Numbered from the whole stretch's first letter, positions 48,495-59,255 are shown. The stretch: DNA of 61,113 nt, filler included, from Candidatus Tectimicrobiota bacterium (GCA_016193065.1; 6 parts of 6 records of this genome joined end to end with filler, not necessarily neighbours in it); one strand, 5' to 3'. Program-made: numbers and translations. The notes: generated by a model from the letters alone, not told the origin.

Positions 48495-48590
48495 CTTAGG
48501 AGATAACCCTGATCCGAAGAAAAGGGCGCGTTTTGCACGTGTCATCGGCCCGCAGGGCCTGTCGCCGGGGCGCCTCCTCGATTCGCGCTA

Positions 48591-48717
48591 CGTCACCCTG
48601 ACGAGGGTCCCACTTTCGCGCGGCTCTACGGAGGCATCCCGGGTACCCGCCTGGCGGGTGTCACCCGCGGGTCCGCGCTCCTCCGATGAGGGGTTCGAAT
48701 TTCGGATCCGGGATGAC
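48591..48717. repeat. REP-like (CGTCA-type) intergenic element with nested hairpin
   Basis: GTCACCCTGA ... CCGGGATGAC imperfect inverted ends between convergent genes. Confidence 0.45.
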
Positions 48718-48760
48718 TTATTGAGGTAACCGGTACGGGAGACCCGGGGCAAGCCCTGCC

Positions 48761-49582
48761 CTAAGAAAACGCCACATCCAGCACCATCATGACCGTAAAT
48801 CCGGACATCAGGCCCATGGTGGCCAGATCGCCGTATCCGCTGCGCTGGGATTCGGGCACGACTTCCTCTACCACCACGAAGATCATGGCCCCTGCGGCAA
48901 ACGCCAGGGCATAGGGCAGGATCGGCCTGGCGAGGAGTACGGCGGCGGCTCCGAAAACGCCGGCTATGGGTTCCACCACGGCCGACAGCTGCCCGTACCA
49001 GAAGCTTTTCAAACGGGACACGCCCTCCCGGCGCAGGGGCATGGCCACCGCCATTCCTTCCGGGAAGTTTTGCAGGCCGATGCCGATGGCCAGCGCGATG
49101 GCGGCGGGCAGCGTGGCCGAAGAGAGACCCGCGGCGACCGCTCCGAAGGCAACGCCCACGGCCAGCCCCTCGGGGATGTTGTGCAAGGTGATGGCAAGGA
49201 TCAGCAAAGTCGTCCGGCGCCAGGAGGTCGAGATGCCTTCCGCCTCCTCCATGGGAAAGTTCAGATGGAGATGGGGCAGAATCTTGTCGATCAGTTGCAG
49301 GAAACCGCCTCCCAGGAGAAAACCTACGGCGGCGGGGAACCAGACCGGCAGACCCTGTCCTTCCGACATCTCGAGGGCCGGAGCCAGCAAAGACCAGTAG
49401 CTGGCGGCGATCATCACTCCCCCGGCGAAACCGAGCGTCACGTCCAGAATCTTCCGATTCATGTTCCTGGTGAAAAAGACTCCGGCGGCTCCGAGAGCCG
49501 TCAGCAGCCAGGTAAAGCACGTGGCCAGGAAGGCTTGCGTCACGGGAGAAAAAGACTGGAAGGCGGCATAGATGGTTTCCAT
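48761..49582 (-). CDS. ZIP family metal transporter (GufA/ZupT-like)
   Basis: 'GFAGGVM', 'LHNIPEG', 'LQNFPEG', 'FAAGAMIFVV'. Confidence 0.92.
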   Translation of the reverse strand: METIYAAFQSFSPVTQAFLATCFTWLLTALGAAGVFFTRNMNRKILDVTLGFAGGVMIAASYWSLLAPALEMSEGQGLPVWFPAAVGFLLGGGFLQLIDKILPHLHLNFPMEEAEGISTSWRRTTLLILAITLHNIPEGLAVGVAFGAVAAGLSSATLPAAIALAIGIGLQNFPEGMAVAMPLRREGVSRLKSFWYGQLSAVVEPIAGVFGAAAVLLARPILPYALAFAAGAMIFVVVEEVVPESQRSGYGDLATMGLMSGFTVMMVLDVAFS

Positions 49583-49802
49583 TGCTCATTCCTTTTTCAC
49601 GGCGGATGACCCGGCGACGAGGATTCGACTCCTTGCATGAAAGATTCCATGTGCGCCTCGCCTGCGCGACGGATCATTGTATAAGAAAAGGGATCTATTT
49701 CCTATCGCGTCGTTCCCCGGGCCACAAGCAGAAAATTCCCCATTGACTTTCTTCGCCCCCAGATGCAATCTCCTCACGAAGCAATTCCTATCTAAATTAT
49801 AA

Positions 49803-49888
49803 ATTCCCTCTCCGCACGCCCAGGGTACCCCGGGGGCCCTTTGGGCGTTGCCACCCGGGGTACCCGGGGAGAGGGCAGGGTGAGGGGG
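49803..49888. repeat. REP-like palindrome with nested GGGTACCC units
   Basis: TTCCCTCTCC ... GGGGAGAGGGCAGGGTGAGGGG flanking two GGGTACCC motifs. Confidence 0.6.
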
Positions 49889-49943
49889 CAGCACAGCGCG
49901 GCGTGCGTATCGCTGCAATGCGCGGTCGCGTGGAGTGGAGAAC

Positions 49944-50501
49944 ATGACGGGAAAGATCAGACGAGTGGTGACCGGACATGACCCGGCAGGCAAGGCCGTC
50001 GTCACGCGCGACGGCGCGGCAACCAACGTCAGGGTCCGGAAAGCGGCGGGCGGGCTGGTCTCGACGCTGATCTGGGCGACGGACGAAACACCGGCCGATA
50101 TTTCCGGAAGCGCCGACCGCGCCGCGCGCGAGAGCGGCGTGGCTCCGCCGGCCAGGGGATCGGTCTTTCGAATCGTGGATTTTCCCCCGACGGACGAATC
50201 GCTCCTGCAGGACCACGAAGCGGTCACGCGGGAGATGGGGCTCGGTCACGGCGGCGCGCCGGCGCGGCATCCCCTCATGCATCGCACGAGGAGCGTCGAC
50301 TACGCGATCGTGATGTCCGGCGAAATCGACATGCTGCTCGACGACTCCGAGGTCCACCTCCAGGCCGGCGACGTCGTGGTGCAGCAGGGGACGAACCATG
50401 CGTGGGTCAACCGCGGCAAGGAAAACTGCCGGATCGCCTTCGTGCTGATCGACGCCAGCGAACCAGCGGATACGGGGAAATCGGAAAAGCAGGGGGACTG
50501 A
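49944..50501 (+). CDS. Cupin domain protein
   Basis: 'RRVVTGHD..GKAV', 'MHRT.SVDY', 'GDVVVQQGTNHAW.N'. Confidence 0.88.
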   Translation: MTGKIRRVVTGHDPAGKAVVTRDGAATNVRVRKAAGGLVSTLIWATDETPADISGSADRAARESGVAPPARGSVFRIVDFPPTDESLLQDHEAVTREMGLGHGGAPARHPLMHRTRSVDYAIVMSGEIDMLLDDSEVHLQAGDVVVQQGTNHAWVNRGKENCRIAFVLIDASEPADTGKSEKQGD

Positions 50502-50524
50502 AAACACAGTGAAGGGAGAGGCAA

Positions 50525-51990
50525 GTGAGCACCCAGGATTGGCAACAACACGTTTCGCAGCCGCAATACTCGATGGTCGAGGAAAAAAACCGCTTCGTCG
50601 CCATGCGCGACGGCGTCCGCCTGGCCTGCGACATCTACCGGCCGGATGCCCCGGGCCGGAAATTCCCGGCGCTGCTGTCGACGTCTCTCTATGGCAAGGA
50701 CGTGCAGAAGGTCACCGACGAGCGGCGCCCCTTGAGCCCGCGCCACGGCAACGGGGGGCAGGAAGCGGGAGACACGCGCTTTTTCGTGAGCCGCGGTTAC
50801 GTCCATGTGGTCGCGGGCGCCCGCGGCGCCGGAGATTCCGAGGGTATCAGGGCGGGCTCTTCAATGAGGGGTTCTATCACCAGTGGTGGGGACACGTGAG
50901 CATCGGCACCATGCGGCCCCTCACGTTCAATTATTATTCCGAGGAGGAAATTCGCCGCCGCGTCGAGGCTTTGATGAAGACCCCGGAAATCCAGGACAGC
51001 CCCTTCCTTTATATCCATTTGAAGTATCCGGAAAAAAGCCCGCTGATCTTCGACTTCCTGATCGAGCCGAACGACGGTCCCTATTACTGGGAGCGCTCGG
51101 CCTACCGGAGGTTCGACCGCATCAAGATCCCGGTGCTGCTGATGGTGCGCTGGAGCGCCTGGGACATCCATCTTCCCGGCGCCTTCCAGGCGTGGGAGGG
51201 TCTCGACACCATCAAGAAGATGATCATCTTCGACTCTCTGGAAGCGACGGGCCCGAGACGCCCCTGGCGCGATCACCAGGACATCATCCTGCGCTGGTAC
51301 GACCACTGGCTCAAGGGCAACGACACGGGGATGATGGACGAGCCCCCGATCCGCATCCTGGTGAAGGGCACGAACGAGTGGCGCGACGAGCACGAATGGC
51401 CGCTCCAGCGCACGCAGTGGACCAGGTTCTGGCTCCAGCCCGGCGGCGGGCTTTCGACCACTCCGGGCGGCGAGGACAAACAGACGTTCACGAACGATCC
51501 CTTCCTTCTTCCGGGCAAGACCTCTCCCTGTGTGAAATTCTCCACACCCGCGCTGGACAGCGAGCTGGAAATCACCGGTCCGGCGGCTCTCTACCTATTC
51601 GCGTCGATCGACCGGCCGGAAGCGGCCTGGATCGTCAACGTCAAGGACCAGGCCCCGGACGGCAGCACGCGCATGGTCACCAAGGGCTGGCTGCGCGCCT
51701 CGCACCGCAAGCTCGATCCGTCCCGCTCCAAACCCTACAAGCCCTATCACCCGCACGACGAGAATGTGCCGGTGCCGGTGAACGAAGTCGTCGAATACGC
51801 GATCGAGCTGCGGGATATGTCCATGGTGTTCCAGAAAGGGCACCGTCTCGTTCTGGAGATCCGGGCGCAGGACGCGCTGGTCGAAGAGCCGATCTGGTAT
51901 CACCAGACGAGCGCGCTGGTGACGAACCACACCGTCCACTGCGGAGGCGCGCACGCGTCGTACCTGCTGCTGCCCGTGATCCCGAGGTAA
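50525..51990 (+). pseudogene. CocE/NonD family hydrolase with frameshifting internal deletion
   Basis: Frame 1 'MRDGVRLACDIYRP...RGAGDSEG' switches near 50845 to frame 2 'YWERS...RWYDHWLKG...GWLRASHR...LLLPVIP'; no GxSY nucleophile region. Confidence 0.8.
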
Positions 51991-52109
51991 TCGCCGCACC
52001 CTAGTGTCCTGAGTCAGAAATCCGCGCACGAAGTTCCCCTCTCCCCCAGCGGGCATAAGCGCTAACATAACCCCCCTTTGGAAAAGGGGGGGCAGGGGGG
52101 ATTTTGAGG

Positions 52110-52363
52110 ATTGACAGGGAGAAATTGACCAGTTACCTTCTTTCTCCTACGCATCCTGTCGGCCGTTCGAAAGCGAAGAAACACTTCTCTCCATTGCCCG
52201 GGCCAGCGCGGTGGGGTCAACTCGTTCCTCCGCATATGGGATGAAGTATGCAGTGGATGGAACAGTCCGTGCTCCGGCAGGAGCAGAGGTCTTTGTGTGA
52301 ACCGTGTGGGTCATCGAATCCGGAAAAACCCGCCCGCGGTTTGTCACCGCCTATCCTCGATAG
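52110..52363 (+). pseudogene. DUF6883-like toxin remnant
   Basis: IDREKLTSYLLSPTHPVGRSKA ... YGMKYAVDG ... V*TVWVI...PRFVTAYP: no start, internal deletion, in-frame TGA. Confidence 0.7.
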
Positions 52364-52383
52364 GCGCCCTGGAGGCTAGGAGT

Positions 52384-52611
52384 ATGCGAGCGCTCGATGC
52401 CGTGGTTCTGACACATGATATCCCCGAACATGGATTAAAGGAAGGTGACGTTGGGGCGGTCGTGCATCGTTACGAGGAACGGGACGCTTTCGAGGTGGAG
52501 TTTGTGACCGCCGAGGGGAAGACCGTGGCTGTTCTCACCCTGAAGGAATCCGACCTGCGGCTCATGGAAGGGGATGAGATACTCCACGTGCGGCAGATGG
52601 CCTCGGCCTGA
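52384..52611 (+). CDS. DUF4926 domain protein
   Basis: 'LD.VVLT.DIPEHGL..GDVGAVV', 'FEVEF....G.T.AV'. Confidence 0.88.
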   Translation: MRALDAVVLTHDIPEHGLKEGDVGAVVHRYEERDAFEVEFVTAEGKTVAVLTLKESDLRLMEGDEILHVRQMASA

Positions 52612-52885
52612 AACTCATACCGTCCGCCCGGTTTCCATAAGCATCCGAATTCCGCTGCCGCAAGACCAATCACGTTCACCTGGCCCTTCAGATGAGCGAG
52701 GTTCCTCTATCCCGCATGAAAAAGCTCTTGCAAGCCTGATCCCGTTTCCCGCGCGTCCCCGGCAGCACTCGCTTGAGCAACGTCGCGCCTTGTTCGCGGC
52801 TCCAGCTCCGTGGCACCTGCTGCTGCCCGTGATCCCGAGGTAGGCGCCGTGCCATAGTTTCCCGGCGGCCCGCCGCGAGGCTTGT

Positions 52886-53340
52886 TCACCGATCGAGCCG
52901 GCGGCGAACCTCGGCGATATAGTCGATCTGCGCTTCGATTGTGGTGAGGCCTTTTCTCATGGTGGGGAAGCAGGCATGCGTTCCCCCGAAATCCCGCCAG
53001 CGCTTCATGGTGTCGGCGGCTTCCGCGGGGGTGTTGGCCTCACGCGCGATGAGTTCGCGGCCGAAGTCCGCGGCCGACCGGCCGGCTTGGGACAGGTACT
53101 TTTCCACCCGTGTCCAGTCTTCCTGTGCCTTCTCCAGCGAGGCCGTAAAAATGAAGCCGTCTCCCAGTTTGGCGGCCCGCCGGAACGCCGGGTCCGTGAA
53201 GCCTCCGAACCATATGGGAATCATTCGGCGCGGGCGCGGGTTGATACAGGCGCGATCGATCCGGTCGAACTCGCCCTGGAAGGTGACCAGGGGTTCGCTC
53301 CAGAGCTGGCGCAGGAGGCCCACCTGCTCGCTCAGGCGTC
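52886..53340 (-). CDS. LLM-class flavin/F420-dependent oxidoreductase, 5' partial
   Basis: 'LRQLWSEPLVTFQGEF', 'IPIWFGG', 'RRAAKLGDG'. Confidence 0.85.
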
Positions 53341-53440
53341 NNNNNNNNNNNNNNNNNNNNNNNNNNNNNNNNNNNNNNNNNNNNTTAATTAATTAANNNN
53401 NNNNNNNNNNNNNNNNNNNNNNNNNNNNNNNNNNNNNNNN
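53341..53440. other. Artificial contig linker
   Basis: N run with TTAATTAATTAA. Confidence 0.99.
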
Positions 53441-53824
<384 letters not shown>

Positions 53825-53829
53825 CTCTC

Positions 53830-55107
53830 GTGTCTTTCGAGCTGAAAGTGGGATTGCGCTACCTGAGGGCCAAGCGCAAGAACCGGTTCATCTCTCTGAT
53901 CACCATCATCTCCATCACCGGGATCGCCGTGGGCGTCATGGCCCTCGTTGTGGTGATCTCGGTCATGACGGGTTTTGACGAGAACCTGCGCGACAAGATC
54001 GTCGGCACCCAATCCCACGTGATCGTCCAAAAGTTGGGCAACACGCCCATGCTGGAGTATGAACGGGTCATCGACCGGGTGCGCCGTCTCCCCCATGTGA
54101 AGGCGGCCTCCCCGTTCATCCTGAGCCAGGTCATGCTGACCTCCCGGAATTCCGTAGCCGGAGCCGTGGTGCGGGGGATCGATCCCGCCCGGGAAGGAGG
54201 GGCGGCCCCCCTGGCTCGCAACCTGAAAGAGGGCAGCCTGGACGGACTGAGAGAGCGGGCGGAAGGAGCGGCGGAGGAAGGGATCATCCTGGGCCGGGAG
54301 CTGGCCCGAAACCTTGGGGTTTCACTGGGAGACAAAATCTCCATGGTCTCGCCCCTGGGTGCCATGTCCCCGCTGGGCGTTGTCCCCCGGATCCGCAACT
54401 TTCAGGTGACTGGAATCTTCGATACGGGGATGTACGAATACGACAGCAGCCTGGCCTACATCTCCCTGCGCGCGGCCCAGGGGTTTTTCAACCTGGGGCT
54501 GGGAGTAAGCGGGGTCGAGGTGCGGCTGGACGACATTGATCTCTCCGATCAGGTGGCGGCCCGCATTCAAGACGATCTGGGCTTCCCCTTCCTGACCCTG
54601 GACTGGAAGCGCATGTACCGAAGCCTGTTCTCGGCCCTCAAGCTGGAGAAGATCACGATGTTCGTGATCCTGGTGCTCATCGTCCTGGTGGCGGCCTTCA
54701 ACATCGTGAGCACGCTGACCATGGTGGTCATGGAAAAGGGCAAGGACATAGCGATCCTCAAGGCGATGGGAGCCACCAACCGCAGCATCCTGTCCATTTT
54801 TATGATTGAAGGAGCCGCGGTGGGGGTGGTCGGTACGCTGGTTGGCTTCGGGGGCGGCCTGCTCATCGCCTCCTCTCTCAACGAGATCGTGATTTTCGTG
54901 CAGAACTCCCTGAACAGCCTCTTCCATCTCAACCTGGATCTTTTCCCCCGCAGCATTTACTTCCTGGACAAGTTCCCGGTGCGGATTATCCCCTTTGACG
55001 TCATGTTGATCGCCATCACTTCGGTGGTCATCAGCCTGCTGGCTACCGTGTATCCGGCCTGGCGGGCCTCCCGCCTGGACCCCGTGGAGGCTCTCCGCTA
55101 TGAATGA
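53830..55107 (+). CDS. Lipoprotein-releasing ABC permease LolC/E family
   Basis: 'RYLRAKR..FIS', 'SVMTGF', 'VAAFNIVSTL', 'YPAWRASRLDPVEALRYE'. Confidence 0.93.
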   Translation: MSFELKVGLRYLRAKRKNRFISLITIISITGIAVGVMALVVVISVMTGFDENLRDKIVGTQSHVIVQKLGNTPMLEYERVIDRVRRLPHVKAASPFILSQVMLTSRNSVAGAVVRGIDPAREGGAAPLARNLKEGSLDGLRERAEGAAEEGIILGRELARNLGVSLGDKISMVSPLGAMSPLGVVPRIRNFQVTGIFDTGMYEYDSSLAYISLRAAQGFFNLGLGVSGVEVRLDDIDLSDQVAARIQDDLGFPFLTLDWKRMYRSLFSALKLEKITMFVILVLIVLVAAFNIVSTLTMVVMEKGKDIAILKAMGATNRSILSIFMIEGAAVGVVGTLVGFGGGLLIASSLNEIVIFVQNSLNSLFHLNLDLFPRSIYFLDKFPVRIIPFDVMLIAITSVVISLLATVYPAWRASRLDPVEALRYE

Positions 55108-55834
55108 GCCGGTTCCTCTCATCTCCATCCGCCAGCTCCACAAGTCTTTCCCCGCGGGCTCCCAGGAGATCCATGTTCTGCGGGGGCTCGATCTGGAGGT
55201 CTATGCCGGGGAGATGCTGGGGATCGTGGGAGTCTCCGGTGTGGGCAAGAGCACCCTGCTGCAAATCCTCGGAGGATTGGAGAGCCCCACGAGCGGCGCA
55301 GTTACCTACGGGGAAGTCGATCTCTTCCGGCTCGGAAACGGCGCCAAGGCGGCCTTTCGCGACCGCAAGATCGGGTTCGTGTTTCAGTTTCACTACCTCC
55401 GGCCGGAGTTCACCGCTCTGGAGAATGTCATGATGCCCCTGCTCATCGGCCGGGAGCCGCCCGCCCTGGCTGCCGCCACGGCCCGCAAGCTTCTGGCAGA
55501 GGTCGGTCTGGAAGAGCGACTGGAGCACAAGCCGGCTGAACTCTCGGGAGGAGAGCAGCAAAGAGTGGCTATGGCTCGAGCTCTGGTCACGGATCCCGAT
55601 GTGGTGCTGGCCGACGAGCCCACAGGAAATCTGGACGGACCTACCGGGCGGGCCATCCACCATCTCCTTCGGGAAATCAACCGGCAAAGGGGGACCACGT
55701 TCGTGATTGTGACCCACAATGAGGAGCTGGCCGGCCTCATGGATCGGGTGGTTCGGCTCAGTGACGGACGGATCCAGGCAGTCCGGGGCCTCCCCGGCGC
55801 CGTCTCCACCCCCGTGGGTCAGGAAAAGTCTTGA
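55100..55834 (+). CDS. lolD: Lipoprotein-releasing ABC ATPase
   Basis: GVSGVGKS, 'GFVFQFHYL', LSGGEQQR, DEPTGNLD. Confidence 0.92.
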   Translation: MNEPVPLISIRQLHKSFPAGSQEIHVLRGLDLEVYAGEMLGIVGVSGVGKSTLLQILGGLESPTSGAVTYGEVDLFRLGNGAKAAFRDRKIGFVFQFHYLRPEFTALENVMMPLLIGREPPALAAATARKLLAEVGLEERLEHKPAELSGGEQQRVAMARALVTDPDVVLADEPTGNLDGPTGRAIHHLLREINRQRGTTFVIVTHNEELAGLMDRVVRLSDGRIQAVRGLPGAVSTPVGQEKS

Positions 55835-55887
55835 CAAACCAGAGGGATAGCGATAAAAAAAAAGAGCCTGTGCAAGGTCCTCAGCGA

Positions 55888-55896
55888 TGCTATAAT
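55888..55896 (+). promoter_or_regulatory. Extended -10 promoter element upstream of clpC
   Basis: TGCTATAAT ~45 nt upstream of the ATG. Confidence 0.5.
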
Positions 55897-55939
55897 CCCG
55901 AATTAGGAGATTGCAGCCGAGGTAGGGGGTAACTTCCTC

Positions 55940-56642
55940 ATGTTCAAGCGGTTCACGGAGAGGGCGAGAAAAGTCATCATCCTGGCTCGGGAGGAAGCCG
56001 AGCGCTATCAGCACGAGTATCTGGGAACGGAGCATATCCTGCTGGGAATTCTCAAGGATGGTGGCGGAATCGCCATCACGGTGATGCAAAAGCTCGGCGC
56101 CGATCTCAAACAGGTTCGGCTCGAGATCGAGAGACATCTTCCCAAAAGCCTCAATACCACCATTGTCGGGGATATCCCCTTTACCCCGAGAGCCAAGAAG
56201 GTCCTTGAATATGCTGTCGAGGAAGCCCGGCTCATGGGGCACAATTATATTGGGACCGAGCATCTGCTCCTTGGCCTCATCAAGGAGAAGGAGGGCGTTG
56301 CCTCCAAGGTGCTCAATAGCCTGGGTGTTCACCTCATTGAAGCAAGGGAGTTGACACTAAACTTGTTACAAGAACCAGTCTCCCAAACGAAGGAAAAAAC
56401 CAAGACCCCGGCCCTGGACGAGTTCGGTCGAGATTTAACGGAGCTGGCCTATCAGGGGAAACTGGATCCCGTCATCGGCCGGGAAACGGAAATCGAGCGG
56501 GTCATCCAGATCCTGAGCCGCCGCACCAAGAACAACCCGGTTCTCATTGGCGAGCCTGGAGTAGGCAAGACGGCCATCGTCGAGGGTCTCGCGCAAAGGA
56601 TCGTCAACAAAGAAGTCCCATCGATCCTCTATGACCGGCGTC
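55940..56642 (+). CDS. clpC: ATP-dependent Clp protease ATP-binding subunit, 3' partial
   Basis: '[12 protein letters not shown]', two Clp_N repeats, 'LDPVIGR', '[18 protein letters not shown]'. Confidence 0.93.
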
Positions 56643-56742
56643 NNNNNNNNNNNNNNNNNNNNNNNNNNNNNNNNNNNNNNNNNNNNTTAATTAATTAANN
56701 NNNNNNNNNNNNNNNNNNNNNNNNNNNNNNNNNNNNNNNNNN
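56643..56742. other. Artificial contig linker
   Basis: N run with TTAATTAATTAA. Confidence 0.99.
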
Positions 56743-56772
56743 CATTTTCCGGAGCACCGATGGAGGGACAAC

Positions 56773-58326
56773 ATGGGAACGACAGAGGTAAATGGACCCC
56801 CTCTCACGCGCCGCGAATTTCTCCGAGTGTCCGGACAGGCAGGGCTGGGGGCTGTGACCCTCACGGTCGCTGGCGGAGCCTTCCTTCCCGGCCCAAGCGG
56901 GGCACAGCGCCGGGGCTCGGCCGCGATCCGGGAGATTCACATTGAGACCCGAGAGGTAAACTGGGAACTGGCCCCGGGCAAGCGGATCAAGGCTATGGCT
57001 TACAACGGCCAGATTCCCGGACCGGAGCTTCGCCTGAAGGAAGGCGAGCGAGTCCGGATCAGCCTGAAGAACTCGCTTTCCGAGCCCACGACGATCCACT
57101 GGCACGGGGTCGATGTCCCGAATTCCATGGACGGGGTGCCGGGGATCACGCAGAAGCCGGTTCAGCCCGGGGAGACGTTTATCTACGAGTTCGAGGCCCG
57201 TCCCGCCGGAACCCGCTGGTACCACACCCACTTCCAGGGGCACAGGCAACTTGACCTGGGGCTGTACGCGCCCCTGATCATCGAGCCGGGCGAGCCTGAC
57301 CCATTCCCATTTGATCGCGAGTACACGCTGGTCATGGACGACTGGGCTACCGGGACTGGGACCACCGTGGCGAGAACTACCGAAGGGACGGCAGGCAGCC
57401 GCGCTGGCATGGGAGGGATGATGGGGATGATGCGCGGCATGATGGGCGGGAGCATGGGGCGGATGATGGAAGGCATGATGGGGCGCGGCGGCATGGGCAC
57501 AATGATGGGCGACGGCCAGCGCTCTGCTTACGACACGATGACCATTAACGGCAAAGCGTACCCAGCTACCAAGTCACTCAAAGTTCGCAAAGGAGAGCGG
57601 GTCCGCCTCCGCCTGATTAACGCTAGCGCTGATCACACCCACGTCATTCGCCTGGCCGGCCACCGCCTGCAAGTGACCCACACCGACGGCAATCCCCTGG
57701 TCCAGCCGCTCGAGGTGGATGCCGTGCCCATCGTCCCGAGCGAGCGCTACGACGTCCTCTTCGCGGCGGATCGACCGGGAGCCTGGTTCCTCTACTGCGT
57801 CGAGCCCGGTCATGCGGCAGCCGGCGAGCAGGTCCTGGTCGTCTATGAAGGGCGCGAGGACGCGAAGCCGGAAGCGCCGGTAGAAGGCATGGCGGGCCTT
57901 GACCTCTGGCATTACAGCCTGGGCCGGAGCCGCGACATCCTTCCAGCCGCCTCCGGGCAGGAGCGTGCGTACTACCTCGTCCTGAGCGGTGGGATGATGG
58001 GATCGGATGTCTGGACGATCAACGGCAAGCAGTACCCCAGAACCGACCCGCTCCGCCTCCGGAAGGGGGACCTTGCCCGGGTGCGCTTCGAGAACCACAG
58101 CATGGAGGCCCACCCAATGCACCTCCACGGCCAGTCCTTCAAGATTCTGGAGGTGAACGGCCAGCGCCTCGTAGCGCCGATCGCGAAGGACAGCGTGGAC
58201 GTTGAGGCCCACATGGGCTCTGTGGACATTGAGTTCACCGCTCACAACCCTGGAGACTGGTTCTTCCACTGCCACAAGCCCATGCACATGGAGGGCGGGA
58301 TGATCACGCTGGCGAAGATCACCTGA
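56773..58326 (+). CDS. Tat-exported multicopper oxidase with Met-rich insert
   Basis: 'TRREFL'; HWHG, WYHTH, HPMHLHG, HCHKPMHMEGGM; MMG repeats. Confidence 0.93.
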   Translation: MGTTEVNGPPLTRREFLRVSGQAGLGAVTLTVAGGAFLPGPSGAQRRGSAAIREIHIETREVNWELAPGKRIKAMAYNGQIPGPELRLKEGERVRISLKNSLSEPTTIHWHGVDVPNSMDGVPGITQKPVQPGETFIYEFEARPAGTRWYHTHFQGHRQLDLGLYAPLIIEPGEPDPFPFDREYTLVMDDWATGTGTTVARTTEGTAGSRAGMGGMMGMMRGMMGGSMGRMMEGMMGRGGMGTMMGDGQRSAYDTMTINGKAYPATKSLKVRKGERVRLRLINASADHTHVIRLAGHRLQVTHTDGNPLVQPLEVDAVPIVPSERYDVLFAADRPGAWFLYCVEPGHAAAGEQVLVVYEGREDAKPEAPVEGMAGLDLWHYSLGRSRDILPAASGQERAYYLVLSGGMMGSDVWTINGKQYPRTDPLRLRKGDLARVRFENHSMEAHPMHLHGQSFKILEVNGQRLVAPIAKDSVDVEAHMGSVDIEFTAHNPGDWFFHCHKPMHMEGGMITLAKIT

Positions 58327-58349
58327 GGGGCGCCCACAGGTGGCGGAGA

Positions 58350-59255
58350 TTGACGAAAAGATGGATCACACTGGTAGCCCTGGGATTGGCGGTTCTGGCA
58401 TGGCGAGCCGCTACCGCCCACAAGCTTCCGAACTTCCCCCAGGTTCGCTTGCAGAGCGCGGAAGTGGGGAGGGACGACTCTCTCCTCCGTCGGCTTACAG
58501 TCCAAGTGCGGGACCCAACCGGAAAGGAGCTGGTCTCAGGGGCGGAGGTGACGGTCTGGGCGCTCCACGCAACCTTCGGCTCCGGCCTCCGCGTGGAGGC
58601 GATCCAGCTTGCCCCGGCGAGAGACCCGGGAATCTATCAAGGGGAGATTCGCTTCCCTCGGGCGGGGCGGTGGGAGCTCACCATCGAGGTCATCGGTCGC
58701 TACGTCGGAGATGCCCACTTCGAACTGGATGTGACGGCCCCCTCAGTCTCCGACGAAGGACCGACGCAGGACAAGCCGGAGCTAGACTTCGACCTCCCGA
58801 CGATTCGTCACCTGGCCATGGAATGGGGGCACCTGATCGGATTCGCTCTGTGGCTCGTGGCCACAGCCGTAGGGCTGCTCAACCCGGTCAGGTACCGCTG
58901 GCTCGTCCTGATCGCGACATGGGCCGCGTTTACCATCCAGGGAGTGACGGGCCTCTACAAGATGGAGTACAGCACCCCATTTGCCACCCCGCTCCGCCTC
59001 TTCAATCTGAGTCAGATACCAGGGGTGTTCTTCGCCCGAGAATATATCTCCATCCTGGTCGTCAAACACGTCCTCATGCTGACGGCCATGGCAATCACCC
59101 TGGCGCTGACCCTCCGGGTGTGGCGGGCCAAGCCTGGCGAGAGAGTCCTGTTGTGGCGCGCACTCCTGGGAGTCAACTTGACCCTTGCCCTGGCCATCGC
59201 TGCCGCTGCAGCAGTGTTGGGCTTCTATCACGCTATCGTCCTGCACTTCTCATGA
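58350..59255 (+). CDS. YtkA/FixH-like periplasmic domain fused to a CopD-like 4-TM domain
   Basis: 'PGIYQGEIRFPRAGRWEL'; TM helices with 'WGHL', 'VKH', 'YH'. Confidence 0.55.
   Translation: MTKRWITLVALGLAVLAWRAATAHKLPNFPQVRLQSAEVGRDDSLLRRLTVQVRDPTGKELVSGAEVTVWALHATFGSGLRVEAIQLAPARDPGIYQGEIRFPRAGRWELTIEVIGRYVGDAHFELDVTAPSVSDEGPTQDKPELDFDLPTIRHLAMEWGHLIGFALWLVATAVGLLNPVRYRWLVLIATWAAFTIQGVTGLYKMEYSTPFATPLRLFNLSQIPGVFFAREYISILVVKHVLMLTAMAITLALTLRVWRAKPGERVLLWRALLGVNLTLALAIAAAAAVLGFYHAIVLHFS

Noticed and set aside
57405-57510. ATGATGGG tandem-like repeats
   Set aside because: These encode the Met/Gly-rich loop of the multicopper oxidase, not a DNA element.
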